Assembly (NCBI GenBank): GCA_900696645.1
Contig: CAADGV010000007.1
Location: forward strand, 195,029 to 259,028
Source: an uncultured Chlorobiota bacterium
Lineage (GTDB): Bacteria > Bacteroidota > Ignavibacteria > UBA10030 > UBA6906
Direction: 5' to 3'
Length of the DNA: 64,000 nt
In this document: piece after piece, positions 9,708-17,918 of the stretch
Layout: the number at the start of each line of letters is the position of its first letter
Numbering within the stretch: the stretch's first letter is position 1
Program-made: the position numbers and the translations under genes
Notes under the pieces: model-generated
What the model was told of the DNA's origin: nothing
The model's database searches: none
The model's input: the letters and a program-made list of their open reading frames with translations, nothing else

Positions 9708-10595
9708 GTGTTATGCTTTCGCGCCGAAACTTTTTATATTGATGTATGTGATTTCCCGTTGCATCAATTCGTTCAATCCATCACTCAAAAGATTCCAGTG
9801 CCGAAAACTCTCAATATCTTCTTCGTTGGCGACATCGTCGGCCAGCCGGGGCTTGACCTTGCCGTAACGCTTGTTCCCAACTACATCAAGAAATACAATG
9901 TCGATCTTCTCATTATCAACGGCGAGAACACGACGGAAGGCAAGGGTATTGCCGAAGAACATGCGAAGAAGATATTTGAACTCGGCGCGCATGTTATAAC
10001 AACGGGCAATCATGTGTGGGACAGGTGGGACAGCCGGAAGGTTCTCGGCGCCGACAGGCGCATACTTCGCCCGCTGAACTATCCTCGTGAAAACGGCGGC
10101 AGCGGGTATATCGTTGTTGATTTGGGCGAGAAGGGAAAAGTCGGTGTGCTGAATCTTCAGGGAAGAGTGTACATGCAACCGATTGACGATCCGTTCAAAG
10201 CAGCGGATTGGGCCATTGCGAAAATGCACGAAGAGACGAAAGTGGTTTTTGTGGATTTCCATGCGGACGCGACAGCTGAGAAGATGGCGATGGGCTGGCA
10301 CCTCGACGGCAAAGTGACTGCCTGTATCGGCACGCACACGCATACACCAACTGCCGACGGTCGAATTCTGCCCAGAGGTACGGCATTCCAATCGGATGTC
10401 GGGATGACGGGGCCGTATGATTCTGTTCTGGGGATGAAGAAGGAGCAGGCGTTGAAGCGCATGACAATGCAAACTCCGCACAAGTATGAAGTAGCGTCGC
10501 ATGATGTTCGGCTCTGTGCAGTCTATGTTCAGGCAGATTGTGAAACAGGGCGTGCGTTGGAAATGGAGAGCGTGATATTTCCTGCATTCGGGTGA
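9708..10595 (+). CDS. YmdB-family metallophosphoesterase (2',3'-cyclic-nucleotide phosphodiesterase-like).
   Basis: The N-terminus FFVGDIVGQPGLDL...INGENTTEGKGI and the motif GNHVWD are as in TIGR00282/YmdB. The true start is probably the internal GTG at 9798 (MPKTLNIFFVGD). Confidence 0.75.
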   Translation: MLCFRAETFYIDVCDFPLHQFVQSITQKIPVPKTLNIFFVGDIVGQPGLDLAVTLVPNYIKKYNVDLLIINGENTTEGKGIAEEHAKKIFELGAHVITTGNHVWDRWDSRKVLGADRRILRPLNYPRENGGSGYIVVDLGEKGKVGVLNLQGRVYMQPIDDPFKAADWAIAKMHEETKVVFVDFHADATAEKMAMGWHLDGKVTACIGTHTHTPTADGRILPRGTAFQSDVGMTGPYDSVLGMKKEQALKRMTMQTPHKYEVASHDVRLCAVYVQADCETGRALEMESVIFPAFG

Positions 10596-10605
10596 GAAAA
10601 AAGAT

Positions 10606-10820
10606 CACCACCAAGGCTCCAAGACGCCAAGAACTGTGTTCTTGTTGAATTGAAGTCGGTTGAGAGGTTAATCCCTCTCTATGAAGCTCAAGTTCTTTCG
10701 TATCTCAAACTTACTCAAAAACGTTTGGGTCTGTTAATCAACTTCAACGTTGTTCTTATCAAGGACGGAATAAAAAGAATCATTCTCTAACAACTTGGTG
10801 CCTTAGCGCCTTGGTGGTAG
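10606..10820. mobile_element. Degenerate copy A of an inverted-repeat-bounded element that carries a decayed 3' end of a GxxExxY gene.
   Basis: It is bounded by ~27-bp imperfect inverted repeats (ACCACCAAGGCTCCAAGACGCCAAGAA ... CTTGGTGCCTTAGCGCCTTGGTGGTAG). The interior translates to LINFNVVLIKDGIKRII*, matching the C-terminus of the intact GxxExxY protein at 13433-13849. Confidence 0.45.
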
Positions 10821-10850
10821 TCTCCGGCGTTTGTGTGAAAATGAAAAATC

Positions 10851-11009
10851 ACCACCAAGGCACGAAGACGCCAAGAGTATTAGAACCCATGTTTCAAGAA
10901 CCAGACAAAGAGACTGTTCGGGTTGCTTCAATTTCAACGCTGTTATAGTAAAAGACGGAATAAGAATCATTTTTTCAAACAACTTGGTGCCTTGGCGCCT
11001 CCGTGGTAG
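10851..11009. mobile_element. Degenerate copy B of the same inverted-repeat-bounded GxxExxY element.
   Basis: The same terminal repeats are present (ACCACCAAGGCACGAAGACGCCAAGAG ... CTTGGTGCCTTGGCGCCTCCGTGGTAG). The interior translates to NFNAVIVKDGIRII, a GxxExxY C-terminal remnant. It ends 10 bp before the folD ATG. Confidence 0.45.
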
Positions 11010-11018
11010 TCTTTCAAC

Positions 11019-11909
11019 ATGAGTGCAACAATTATCGACGGCAAAGCAATTGCCGCACAAATCAAATCAGAGGTCAAACTCGAAGCCGATAGCCTGAAGC
11101 GGGAACACGGCATTGTGCCCGGACTCGCATTCATACTGGTTGGAGAGAATCCGGCTTCGCAATCGTACGTCCGGTCGAAGGGGAAAGCGTGTAAGGAACT
11201 CGGTTTCCACTCGGTCACAGAAGAACGCCCTTCGACAATTTCGCAGGATGAGATTCTGAAACTCATCCACACATTCAACAGCGATCCGAACATACACGGC
11301 ATTCTCGTTCAGCTTCCGCTTCCGAAACACATTGACGAGAATGAAGTGATTATGGCGATTGATTGGCGGAAAGATGTCGACGGCTTTCATCCGGTTAATG
11401 TCGGCAAGCTTGTTATTGGCCAACCCTGCCTGCGGCCGTGTACGCCTGCCGGCGTGCAGGAGCTTCTCGTTCGTAGCGGCAACGATCCTGCGGGCAAGCA
11501 TGTTGTCGTTGTCGGTCGCAGCAACATTGTGGGCAAGCCGGTGATGAATATTCTCTTGCAGAAACAGCAGGGGGCGAATGCCGTTGTTACGATTGCACAC
11601 ACGGGCGGCGGCGATATTGCGAAGTACACCAAGCAGGCGGACATTGTTGTAGCGGCAATCGGCAAAGCCGAGGCAATTACCGGCGACATGCTGCAGCCAG
11701 GCTGTGTTGTCATTGACGTGGGAATTAACCGTGTGGCAGATGCATCAACAAAGACCGGATCGCGGCTTGTCGGCGATGTTCACTTTGCCTCTGCATCGCA
11801 GGTAGCCTCGGCAATCACGCCGGTTCCCGGTGGCGTCGGGCCGATGACGATCGCAATGCTGATGAAGAATACGCTGCAGGCGGCAAAGAATTTGAGTTCA
11901 ACAACATAG
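11019..11909 (+). CDS. folD: Bifunctional methylenetetrahydrofolate dehydrogenase/cyclohydrolase.
   Basis: Canonical FolD sequence throughout: SxxYVRSKxKAC, GILVQLPLP, GRSNIVGKP, PVPGGVGPMT. Confidence 0.9.
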   Translation: MSATIIDGKAIAAQIKSEVKLEADSLKREHGIVPGLAFILVGENPASQSYVRSKGKACKELGFHSVTEERPSTISQDEILKLIHTFNSDPNIHGILVQLPLPKHIDENEVIMAIDWRKDVDGFHPVNVGKLVIGQPCLRPCTPAGVQELLVRSGNDPAGKHVVVVGRSNIVGKPVMNILLQKQQGANAVVTIAHTGGGDIAKYTKQADIVVAAIGKAEAITGDMLQPGCVVIDVGINRVADASTKTGSRLVGDVHFASASQVASAITPVPGGVGPMTIAMLMKNTLQAAKNLSSTT

Positions 11910-12013
11910 GCGTGTTTCACGCTTTTACGTTAGCCGTCCCGAAGGGTGGCGACACCGCCAATAACATCATATACATCAATTTACTATCACTTGACCTAAA
12001 GAAGGAGAAAACA

Positions 12014-12478
12014 ATGAAAGAACAATATCGCAAGCAAATTATCGATCTGCTCACCGTTGCATATTGGATGGAAATCGAAACCGTTACCAACTACATCGCC
12101 AACTCCGTGCATCTCGACGGCGTGCGTGCCGAGGAAATCAAAAAGTCGCTTGCGGCCGACATCACCGCAGAATTGACGCATGCCCAGATGTTGGTGAAGC
12201 GAGTGAAGGAACTCGGCGGGGCGGTTCCGGGTTCGATGCAGTTCAAGCCAACACAGAAGTCACTGCAACCACCGCAGGATTCGACCGATGTTGTTGCCGT
12301 TATCAAAGGAGTTATCGAAGCGGAAGACGGGGCGATTGAGCATTACGGAAAGTTGATCGAACTCTGCGGCGACGCGCATGATTATGTGACGCAGGATTTG
12401 TGCATTACCCAGCTTGGCGATGAAGAGGGTCACCGAACGGCTTTCGCCGGTTATCTGAAGGAATACACCAAAGGCTGA
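12014..12478 (+). CDS. Ferritin-like (rubrerythrin/DUF-type four-helix bundle) protein.
   Basis: E...E..H helix pairs (AEEIKKSLAADITAELTHAQ ... EAEDGAIEHY). An RBS AAGGAGAAAACA precedes the ATG at 12014. Confidence 0.6.
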   Translation: MKEQYRKQIIDLLTVAYWMEIETVTNYIANSVHLDGVRAEEIKKSLAADITAELTHAQMLVKRVKELGGAVPGSMQFKPTQKSLQPPQDSTDVVAVIKGVIEAEDGAIEHYGKLIELCGDAHDYVTQDLCITQLGDEEGHRTAFAGYLKEYTKG

Positions 12479-12528
12479 CCCTTGCGGCGTATTGCAATTA
12501 GTATCGGGATTTCTTAGGTTTCCAATGG

Positions 12529-12894
12529 ATGGAAGACCTGTTCACAAGGGGTATTGAGGAATTCAACAGGCAGTATTTCTTTGAGGCGCACGACCTGTGG
12601 GAGGAAGTCTGGAGGGATTCCACAGGTCATAACAGGCTCTTCTATCAGGGGTTGATACAAACCGCGGTCGGCTTCTACCACCTTTCCAACAACAACTTCA
12701 AGGGAGCAGACAGCCAACTCGGCAAGGCTTTGACGAAACTTGAAGACTACCTGCCGTTCTTTCATGGAATCAATACACAACAGCTTGCGGCCGGTGTTCG
12801 CTTGTGTCTTGCGGACATCCGGCATGCGCATGAACGAACGGATGGGTTTGATGAGTCGAAAATACCTCGCATACGGTTGGCCGGCTCGGAATGA
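12529..12894 (+). CDS. DUF309 domain protein.
   Basis: The N-terminal motif FNRQYFFEAHDLWEEVW is typical of DUF309. Confidence 0.6.
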   Translation: MEDLFTRGIEEFNRQYFFEAHDLWEEVWRDSTGHNRLFYQGLIQTAVGFYHLSNNNFKGADSQLGKALTKLEDYLPFFHGINTQQLAAGVRLCLADIRHAHERTDGFDESKIPRIRLAGSE

Positions 12895-12916
12895 AACGAT
12901 GAACCACTTAGAATAA

Positions 12917-13279
<363 letters not shown>

Positions 13280-13301
13280 AGGCTTGTTCAGAGTCTGAAA
13301 C

Positions 13302-13342
13302 GGGTCGGTCTTCGCCGCGGGGACCGACCTGTTTTTGTTTTG
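13302..13342 (+). terminator. Rho-independent terminator after the ferredoxin gene.
   Basis: A GGTCGGTC / GACCGACC stem is followed by TGTTTTTGTTTT. Confidence 0.5.
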
Positions 13343-13432
13343 CGGACTGCTGAAGGGCAGCCACGAAGCAGGACACAAAGGCACGGGGGCACGAAGTATC
13401 ACGAAGCATTCAGAGGAATCCTGAGGTGAACC

Positions 13433-13849
13433 ATGCAGGCGGATGAAAAACAGAAGACAGAATACGCCCCACTGTCCGAACGTGAAGAAGAAATCGGAAG
13501 AAACATCGTCGAGTCTGCCCTCAGTGTTCATAGAGCCCTTGGCCCCGGTTTGCTCGAGAAAGTATATGAAGTGTGCTTCTGTCATGAGTTGCGGAAGAGA
13601 GGATTTGAAGTTCAACCGCAAATCGAAATTCCGATTCAGTACGATGGAATTACCTTTGATGAGGGAATGCGATGTGACGTCCTTGTTGAGAGTTTGGTTA
13701 TTTGTGAGCTTAAAGCGGTGGAGCAGCTAAACCCCGTTTGGGATGCTCAACTCCTCAGCCAATTAAGAATGGCCAACAAAAGACTGGGAAATCGTATCAA
13801 CTTCAATGTACCTCTCATAAAAGGCGGCATCAAGAGAATTATCAACTGA
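13433..13849 (+). CDS. GxxExxY family protein (PD-(D/E)xK nuclease-like superfamily). This is the intact copy.
   Basis: The eponymous motif GLLEKVYE is present. Acidic and Lys residues are consistent with a PD-(D/E)xK core (DVLVESLVICELK). The C-terminus is INFNVPLIKGGIKRIIN. The gene is flanked by CACGAAG-containing inverted repeats (13362-13408 and 13859-13896). Confidence 0.75.
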   Translation: MQADEKQKTEYAPLSEREEEIGRNIVESALSVHRALGPGLLEKVYEVCFCHELRKRGFEVQPQIEIPIQYDGITFDEGMRCDVLVESLVICELKAVEQLNPVWDAQLLSQLRMANKRLGNRINFNVPLIKGGIKRIIN

Positions 13850-13904
13850 TCAGGAGAACCTTTGTGAGACTTTGTGTCTTAGTGACTTCGTGTCGAAGAA
13901 AACA

Positions 13905-14753
13905 ATGAACATCGGCAACTACAACCTTTACTCAATACAAACCGGCACCTTTGCCCTCGACGGCGGCGCCATGTTCGGCGTTGTTCCGAAGACGATGTGG
14001 GAGAAAGCAATTCAACCGGACGAGAAGAACCGCATCGGTATGGCGGCACGGGCGTTGCTTCTTATCGGCAACGGCAGGAAGATTCTGATTGACGACGGCA
14101 ACGGCTCGAAATTCAATGATAAGCTTCGTTCTATTTACAAAATAGACAACAGCCGGAACGATCTGCTTTCTTCGTTGAAGAAACTCGATCTTTCTTCCGC
14201 CGACATCACTGACGTCATCCTGACTCATCTACATTTCGATCATGCGGGCGGCTCGACGTTCAGAGATGCGGACGGTATAGTCAAGCCGACGTTTCCGAAT
14301 GCGAAATACTACGTGCAGCGCGAGCATTGGGAGGCGGCAAACAACCCCACGGAGCGAGACAAGGCGAGCTTCTTCCGTGATGATTTCATGCCGTTGTACG
14401 AGCACGGCATGATGAACTTCACCGAAGGTGAAGGCGAAATTCTCCCCGGCATCTCCTGCAGGATTTGCAACGGCCACACCTCGGCGTTGCAAGCCCCGCT
14501 CATCTCGGATGGAGAAACCACGCTGCTGTACGTTGCCGACTTGATGCCGACGATTGCCCATGTGCAGCTTCCCTGGATTATGGGATACGACCTGCGCCCG
14601 CTTGTTACGCTTGAAGAGAAGCGGCGAATTCTTAACGAGGCTGTCGAGGGTAATTGGACTTTGTTCTTTGAGCATGATGCAACGGTCGAGACATGCCGAT
14701 TGCAGCGAACAGACAAAGGCATCGTTGCCGTGAATCCTTCGCCGCTCGGTTAG
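13905..14753 (+). CDS. MBL-fold metallo-hydrolase.
   Basis: The HxHxDH motif THLHFDHAGG is present. The start was taken at the internal ATG (MNIGNYNLY). Confidence 0.75.
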   Translation: MNIGNYNLYSIQTGTFALDGGAMFGVVPKTMWEKAIQPDEKNRIGMAARALLLIGNGRKILIDDGNGSKFNDKLRSIYKIDNSRNDLLSSLKKLDLSSADITDVILTHLHFDHAGGSTFRDADGIVKPTFPNAKYYVQREHWEAANNPTERDKASFFRDDFMPLYEHGMMNFTEGEGEILPGISCRICNGHTSALQAPLISDGETTLLYVADLMPTIAHVQLPWIMGYDLRPLVTLEEKRRILNEAVEGNWTLFFEHDATVETCRLQRTDKGIVAVNPSPLG

Positions 14754-14758
14754 CCCGA

Positions 14759-15079
14759 ATGCCGGCCGAATTTATCAAAGTAGTCAGAGTGTCGGATCTT
14801 CCGGAACGTGGCGGCAAATTCATCAGAATTGGAGATGATGAGATTGCGCTCTTCAGGGTGGATGGAAAACTCTTTGCAATCAACAACGTTTGCGCACACC
14901 AGCACATCTCGGCATTGCATCAGGGAATCGTAAGCGGAGTGAATGTGACATGCCCGATGCACGGCTGGACGTATTCTTTGGAAACAGGGAAAGCAGTCAG
15001 CGGAAGCGGATGCGTCAAAACGTATCCCGTGAAAGTTGTGGGAGAGAATGTGTTCATAGAAGTCGAAAGAGCAGACTGA
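14759..15079 (+). CDS. Rieske [2Fe-2S] domain protein (NirD-like small subunit).
   Basis: The motifs are CAHQH...CPMHGW. The start was taken at ATG 14759 (MPAEFIKVVRVSDLPE). Confidence 0.75.
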   Translation: MPAEFIKVVRVSDLPERGGKFIRIGDDEIALFRVDGKLFAINNVCAHQHISALHQGIVSGVNVTCPMHGWTYSLETGKAVSGSGCVKTYPVKVVGENVFIEVERAD

Positions 15080-15168
15080 AATTGTGAGTTGGCTAAAGCC
15101 TGCGACTTCAGTCGTAGGGAATGAATAACTGAGACAGTTCCGGTAACCGATTCTTCGGTTCTCATGCC

Positions 15169-16116
15169 ATGCACGCAACAGAAAAGGTTAAGACTAAAGC
15201 GCTCGATCTTGGTTTCACGAAGGTTGGAATTGCGAAAGCAGAGCCGCTGACGGCTGAGGCGGAGCATCTGCGAGAATGGTTGCATCGGGGCTACAACGCT
15301 TCAATGGATTGGATGTTCCGCAACGTTGAAAAACGCGTCGATCCGCGCGCAATCGTGCCCGGGGCAAAGTCTGTAATTTGCGTTGCGCTAAACTACTACA
15401 CACCGGCGCAGCATTCAAACAAGCCGGGCGTTGGAAAAATTTCCCGCTACGCTTGGGGTGATGATTACCATGACATTCTCACCGGAAAACTCAAGCAGTT
15501 GTGGGGGTGGCTTCAGCAGGAATTCCCCGGCATTGAAGGCCGCTATTATGTTGATACCGGCCCAGTTATGGACAAAGTGTGGGCGCAACGGGCTGGCATC
15601 GGCTGGATTGCGAAGCACACGAATGTCATCACGCAGGATTTCGGCTCGTGGGTTTTTCTGGGCGAGCTTATTACGACACTCGAACTCGATGCCGATCAAC
15701 CTGCAACCGATCACTGCGGCACATGCACGCTTTGTATCGAGGCTTGTCCGACGAATGCAATCGTTGAAGAATACGTCGTAGATTCAAACAAGTGTCTTTC
15801 ATATCTTACCATCGAACATAAGGGGGAGATTGAAGGTGAGATACGGCATCAATTTGAGAATTGGATTTACGGCTGCGATATTTGTCAGGATGTGTGTCCG
15901 TGGAATCACAAATTCTCAGCAGAGACAGATGAAGAGAATTTTGAACCGCGAGACTGGAATGTTGCCCCGGACCTTGAAGATTGGATCGATATGACGCAAG
16001 AGGGTTTCAGCAGAAAATTCAAGGGAAGCCCGATCAAAAGAACAAAGCTTGCAGGATTGAGACGAAATGTCGGGATTGTCCTGGAACATCAGCATGATCC
16101 GAATGAGGCAAGGTGA
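15169..16116 (+). CDS. queG: tRNA epoxyqueuosine(34) reductase.
   Basis: The DUF1730 N-terminus plus 4Fe-4S motifs (CGTCTLCIEACPTNAI ... CDICQDVCPWN) and the signature LTIEHKGEI. Confidence 0.85.
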   Translation: MHATEKVKTKALDLGFTKVGIAKAEPLTAEAEHLREWLHRGYNASMDWMFRNVEKRVDPRAIVPGAKSVICVALNYYTPAQHSNKPGVGKISRYAWGDDYHDILTGKLKQLWGWLQQEFPGIEGRYYVDTGPVMDKVWAQRAGIGWIAKHTNVITQDFGSWVFLGELITTLELDADQPATDHCGTCTLCIEACPTNAIVEEYVVDSNKCLSYLTIEHKGEIEGEIRHQFENWIYGCDICQDVCPWNHKFSAETDEENFEPRDWNVAPDLEDWIDMTQEGFSRKFKGSPIKRTKLAGLRRNVGIVLEHQHDPNEAR

Positions 16117-16178
16117 CCCGATTTTGCGTGCTGTTTCATCTAACCTGACACACAGAAAATCCATCAGGAAAACGGAAT

Positions 16179-17123
16179 ATGTCAAACCATCATACATTAA
16201 TCATTATCGGTTCGGGTCCCGCAGGGTTTACAGCAGCATTGTATGCGGGTCGCGCAAACCTGAATCCTGTCGTCTTTGAAGGGATTCAACCCGGCGGACA
16301 ACTCACCATCACAACTGAAGTCGAAAACTATCCCGGCTTTGCCCAAGGTATCATGGGGCCGGAGTTGATGGACATTATGCGAGCGCAGGCACAGCGGTTC
16401 GGGGCGCAATCCATCTACAAACTTATCACAAGAGTAGATTTCTCTCAACGTCCTTTCAAACTCTGGGCGGACGAAGAGGAATACACTGCCGACGCTGTTA
16501 TTGTTGCGACCGGCGCTTCGGCCAAGCTGCTCGGCCTTCCTTCAGAGAAGGAGTACATGGGCTACGGCGTTTCTGCGTGTGCAACATGCGATGGCTTCTT
16601 CTTCAAGAATCAGGAAGTGATTGTTGTCGGCGGAGGCGATACTGCTGTTGAAGAGGCTACGTTCCTTACAAAGTTCGCATCGAAAGTGACGATTGTTCAT
16701 CGGCGCGATGCGTTGCGTGCATCAAAGATAATGCAGGAGAAGGCATTCAAGAATCCGAAGATTGCATTTGCATGGGATTCCGTCGTTGAAGAAATCCTCG
16801 GCAAAAGCGAAAACGGCAAGAAACTCGTTACAGGTGTTCGACTCAAGAATGTCAAAACCGGCGCCGTTACGGACCTGAAGGCCGACGGCGTGTTCATGGG
16901 AATCGGACATCAACCCAACACATCTCTTTTCAAAGGTCAGCTTGAGATGGATGAGGTTGGGTATCTCAAGTTGAGAAACCGCAGCACGCGAACGAACATC
17001 GCGGGAGTATTTGCTGCGGGCGATGTTGCCGATAGCGTCTATCGTCAAGCAGTAACTGCCGCAGGATCGGGCTGTGCCGCTGCCATTGATGCCGAACGCT
17101 GGCTCGAAAGCCAGCACGATTGA
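16179..17123 (+). CDS. trxB: Thioredoxin-disulfide reductase.
   Basis: The motifs are GSGPAG, the redox-active CATCDG, GGGDTA and the C-terminal GCAA. Confidence 0.9.
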   Translation: MSNHHTLIIIGSGPAGFTAALYAGRANLNPVVFEGIQPGGQLTITTEVENYPGFAQGIMGPELMDIMRAQAQRFGAQSIYKLITRVDFSQRPFKLWADEEEYTADAVIVATGASAKLLGLPSEKEYMGYGVSACATCDGFFFKNQEVIVVGGGDTAVEEATFLTKFASKVTIVHRRDALRASKIMQEKAFKNPKIAFAWDSVVEEILGKSENGKKLVTGVRLKNVKTGAVTDLKADGVFMGIGHQPNTSLFKGQLEMDEVGYLKLRNRSTRTNIAGVFAAGDVADSVYRQAVTAAGSGCAAAIDAERWLESQHD

Positions 17124-17145
17124 TTCTCAGCAGTTTCGGGAGCTT

Positions 17146-17180
17146 GACAATAGGGACAGAATGCAGTATATTCTACTGCA
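17146..17180 (+). promoter_or_regulatory. Sigma-70-type promoter with TTGACA, a 17-nt spacer and TATATT.
   Basis: CTTGACAATAGGGACAGAATGCAGTATATTCT is read directly. It lies ~35 nt upstream of the small ORF at 17211. Confidence 0.45.
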
Positions 17181-17210
17181 TAATTACTGTATCTTAGAAG
17201 GAGCAGCAGA

Positions 17211-17420
17211 ATGGCAACAACAAGAGTTACGGCAGATTTCGATGCAGAGGCCTACAAAGCCCTGAACGAAGTTGCTGAGTTGCTGGGAACGACAAAAGCC
17301 GACGCAATCAGAAGGGCGCTCGGGCTAAGTCGCTACGTACTGAAGCAAAAGCACAACGGAAAGAAACTCATTCTCGAAGATGAGGATGGGAAAGATAAGG
17401 TCGAGATCGTTACCCTGTAA
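17211..17420 (+). CDS. Small ribbon-helix-helix-like DNA-binding protein (hypothetical).
   Basis: An N-terminal beta-strand followed by a helix (RVTADFDAEAYKALNEVAELLGTTKADAIRRALGL) resembles the CopG/Arc RHH fold. An RBS GAAGGAG precedes the ATG. Confidence 0.4.
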   Translation: MATTRVTADFDAEAYKALNEVAELLGTTKADAIRRALGLSRYVLKQKHNGKKLILEDEDGKDKVEIVTL

Positions 17421-17427
17421 TCCCCTC

Positions 17428-17709
17428 ATGGCAAAAGCGAGCGGCTCACACGAATCAGTCACAACCGAACGGGTCGGGCTTGTCGAATCGGTGAGTGACC
17501 CGGAAATCAGGAAGTCTGTCCAGCGTTTGCGCGAACGCGTTCGCGGCCAGACTGTGATTGCCTTGTTAATTACAATGCTCGCCATCTACATCATGCCGAT
17601 TGCGTTTCCGGAGTCTGCGGACAAGATGATCCCTATTTCCGAGAAGCTTCTCACGGCACTCATCGGCTTGCTCGGCACTGCGATAGCATTCTACTTCAGG
17701 AACGACTAA
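17428..17709 (+). CDS. Small two-TM membrane protein (hypothetical).
   Basis: Two hydrophobic helices are visible (VIALLITMLAIYIMPIAF and LLTALIGLLGTAIAFYF). The gene is coupled to the upstream small ORF. Confidence 0.35.
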   Translation: MAKASGSHESVTTERVGLVESVSDPEIRKSVQRLRERVRGQTVIALLITMLAIYIMPIAFPESADKMIPISEKLLTALIGLLGTAIAFYFRND

Positions 17710-17918
17710 CCGCATCGTTTCATCTCGCATCTTCTTCATCGAATCATCCCAGTTTGTTGAATGTCAGAACAATTTTCTGTAATCTCTCTCCGAAACAAGT
17801 GTTCTTCATTCAGCAATCTCACTCCGTTATTGTGAGTACGAAACATCTCCGGGCGGAAGGATGATGGTACGAGAGTCGTGCTTACGATGAATAGACTCTG
17901 ACGGTGTTCTGAAAAGAG

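Noticed and set aside
11910-11930. A small hairpin GCGTG-TTT-CACGC + TTTTA after folD, considered as a terminator.
   Set aside because: The stem is only 5 bp and GC-poor. It may attenuate, but it is too weak to call confidently.
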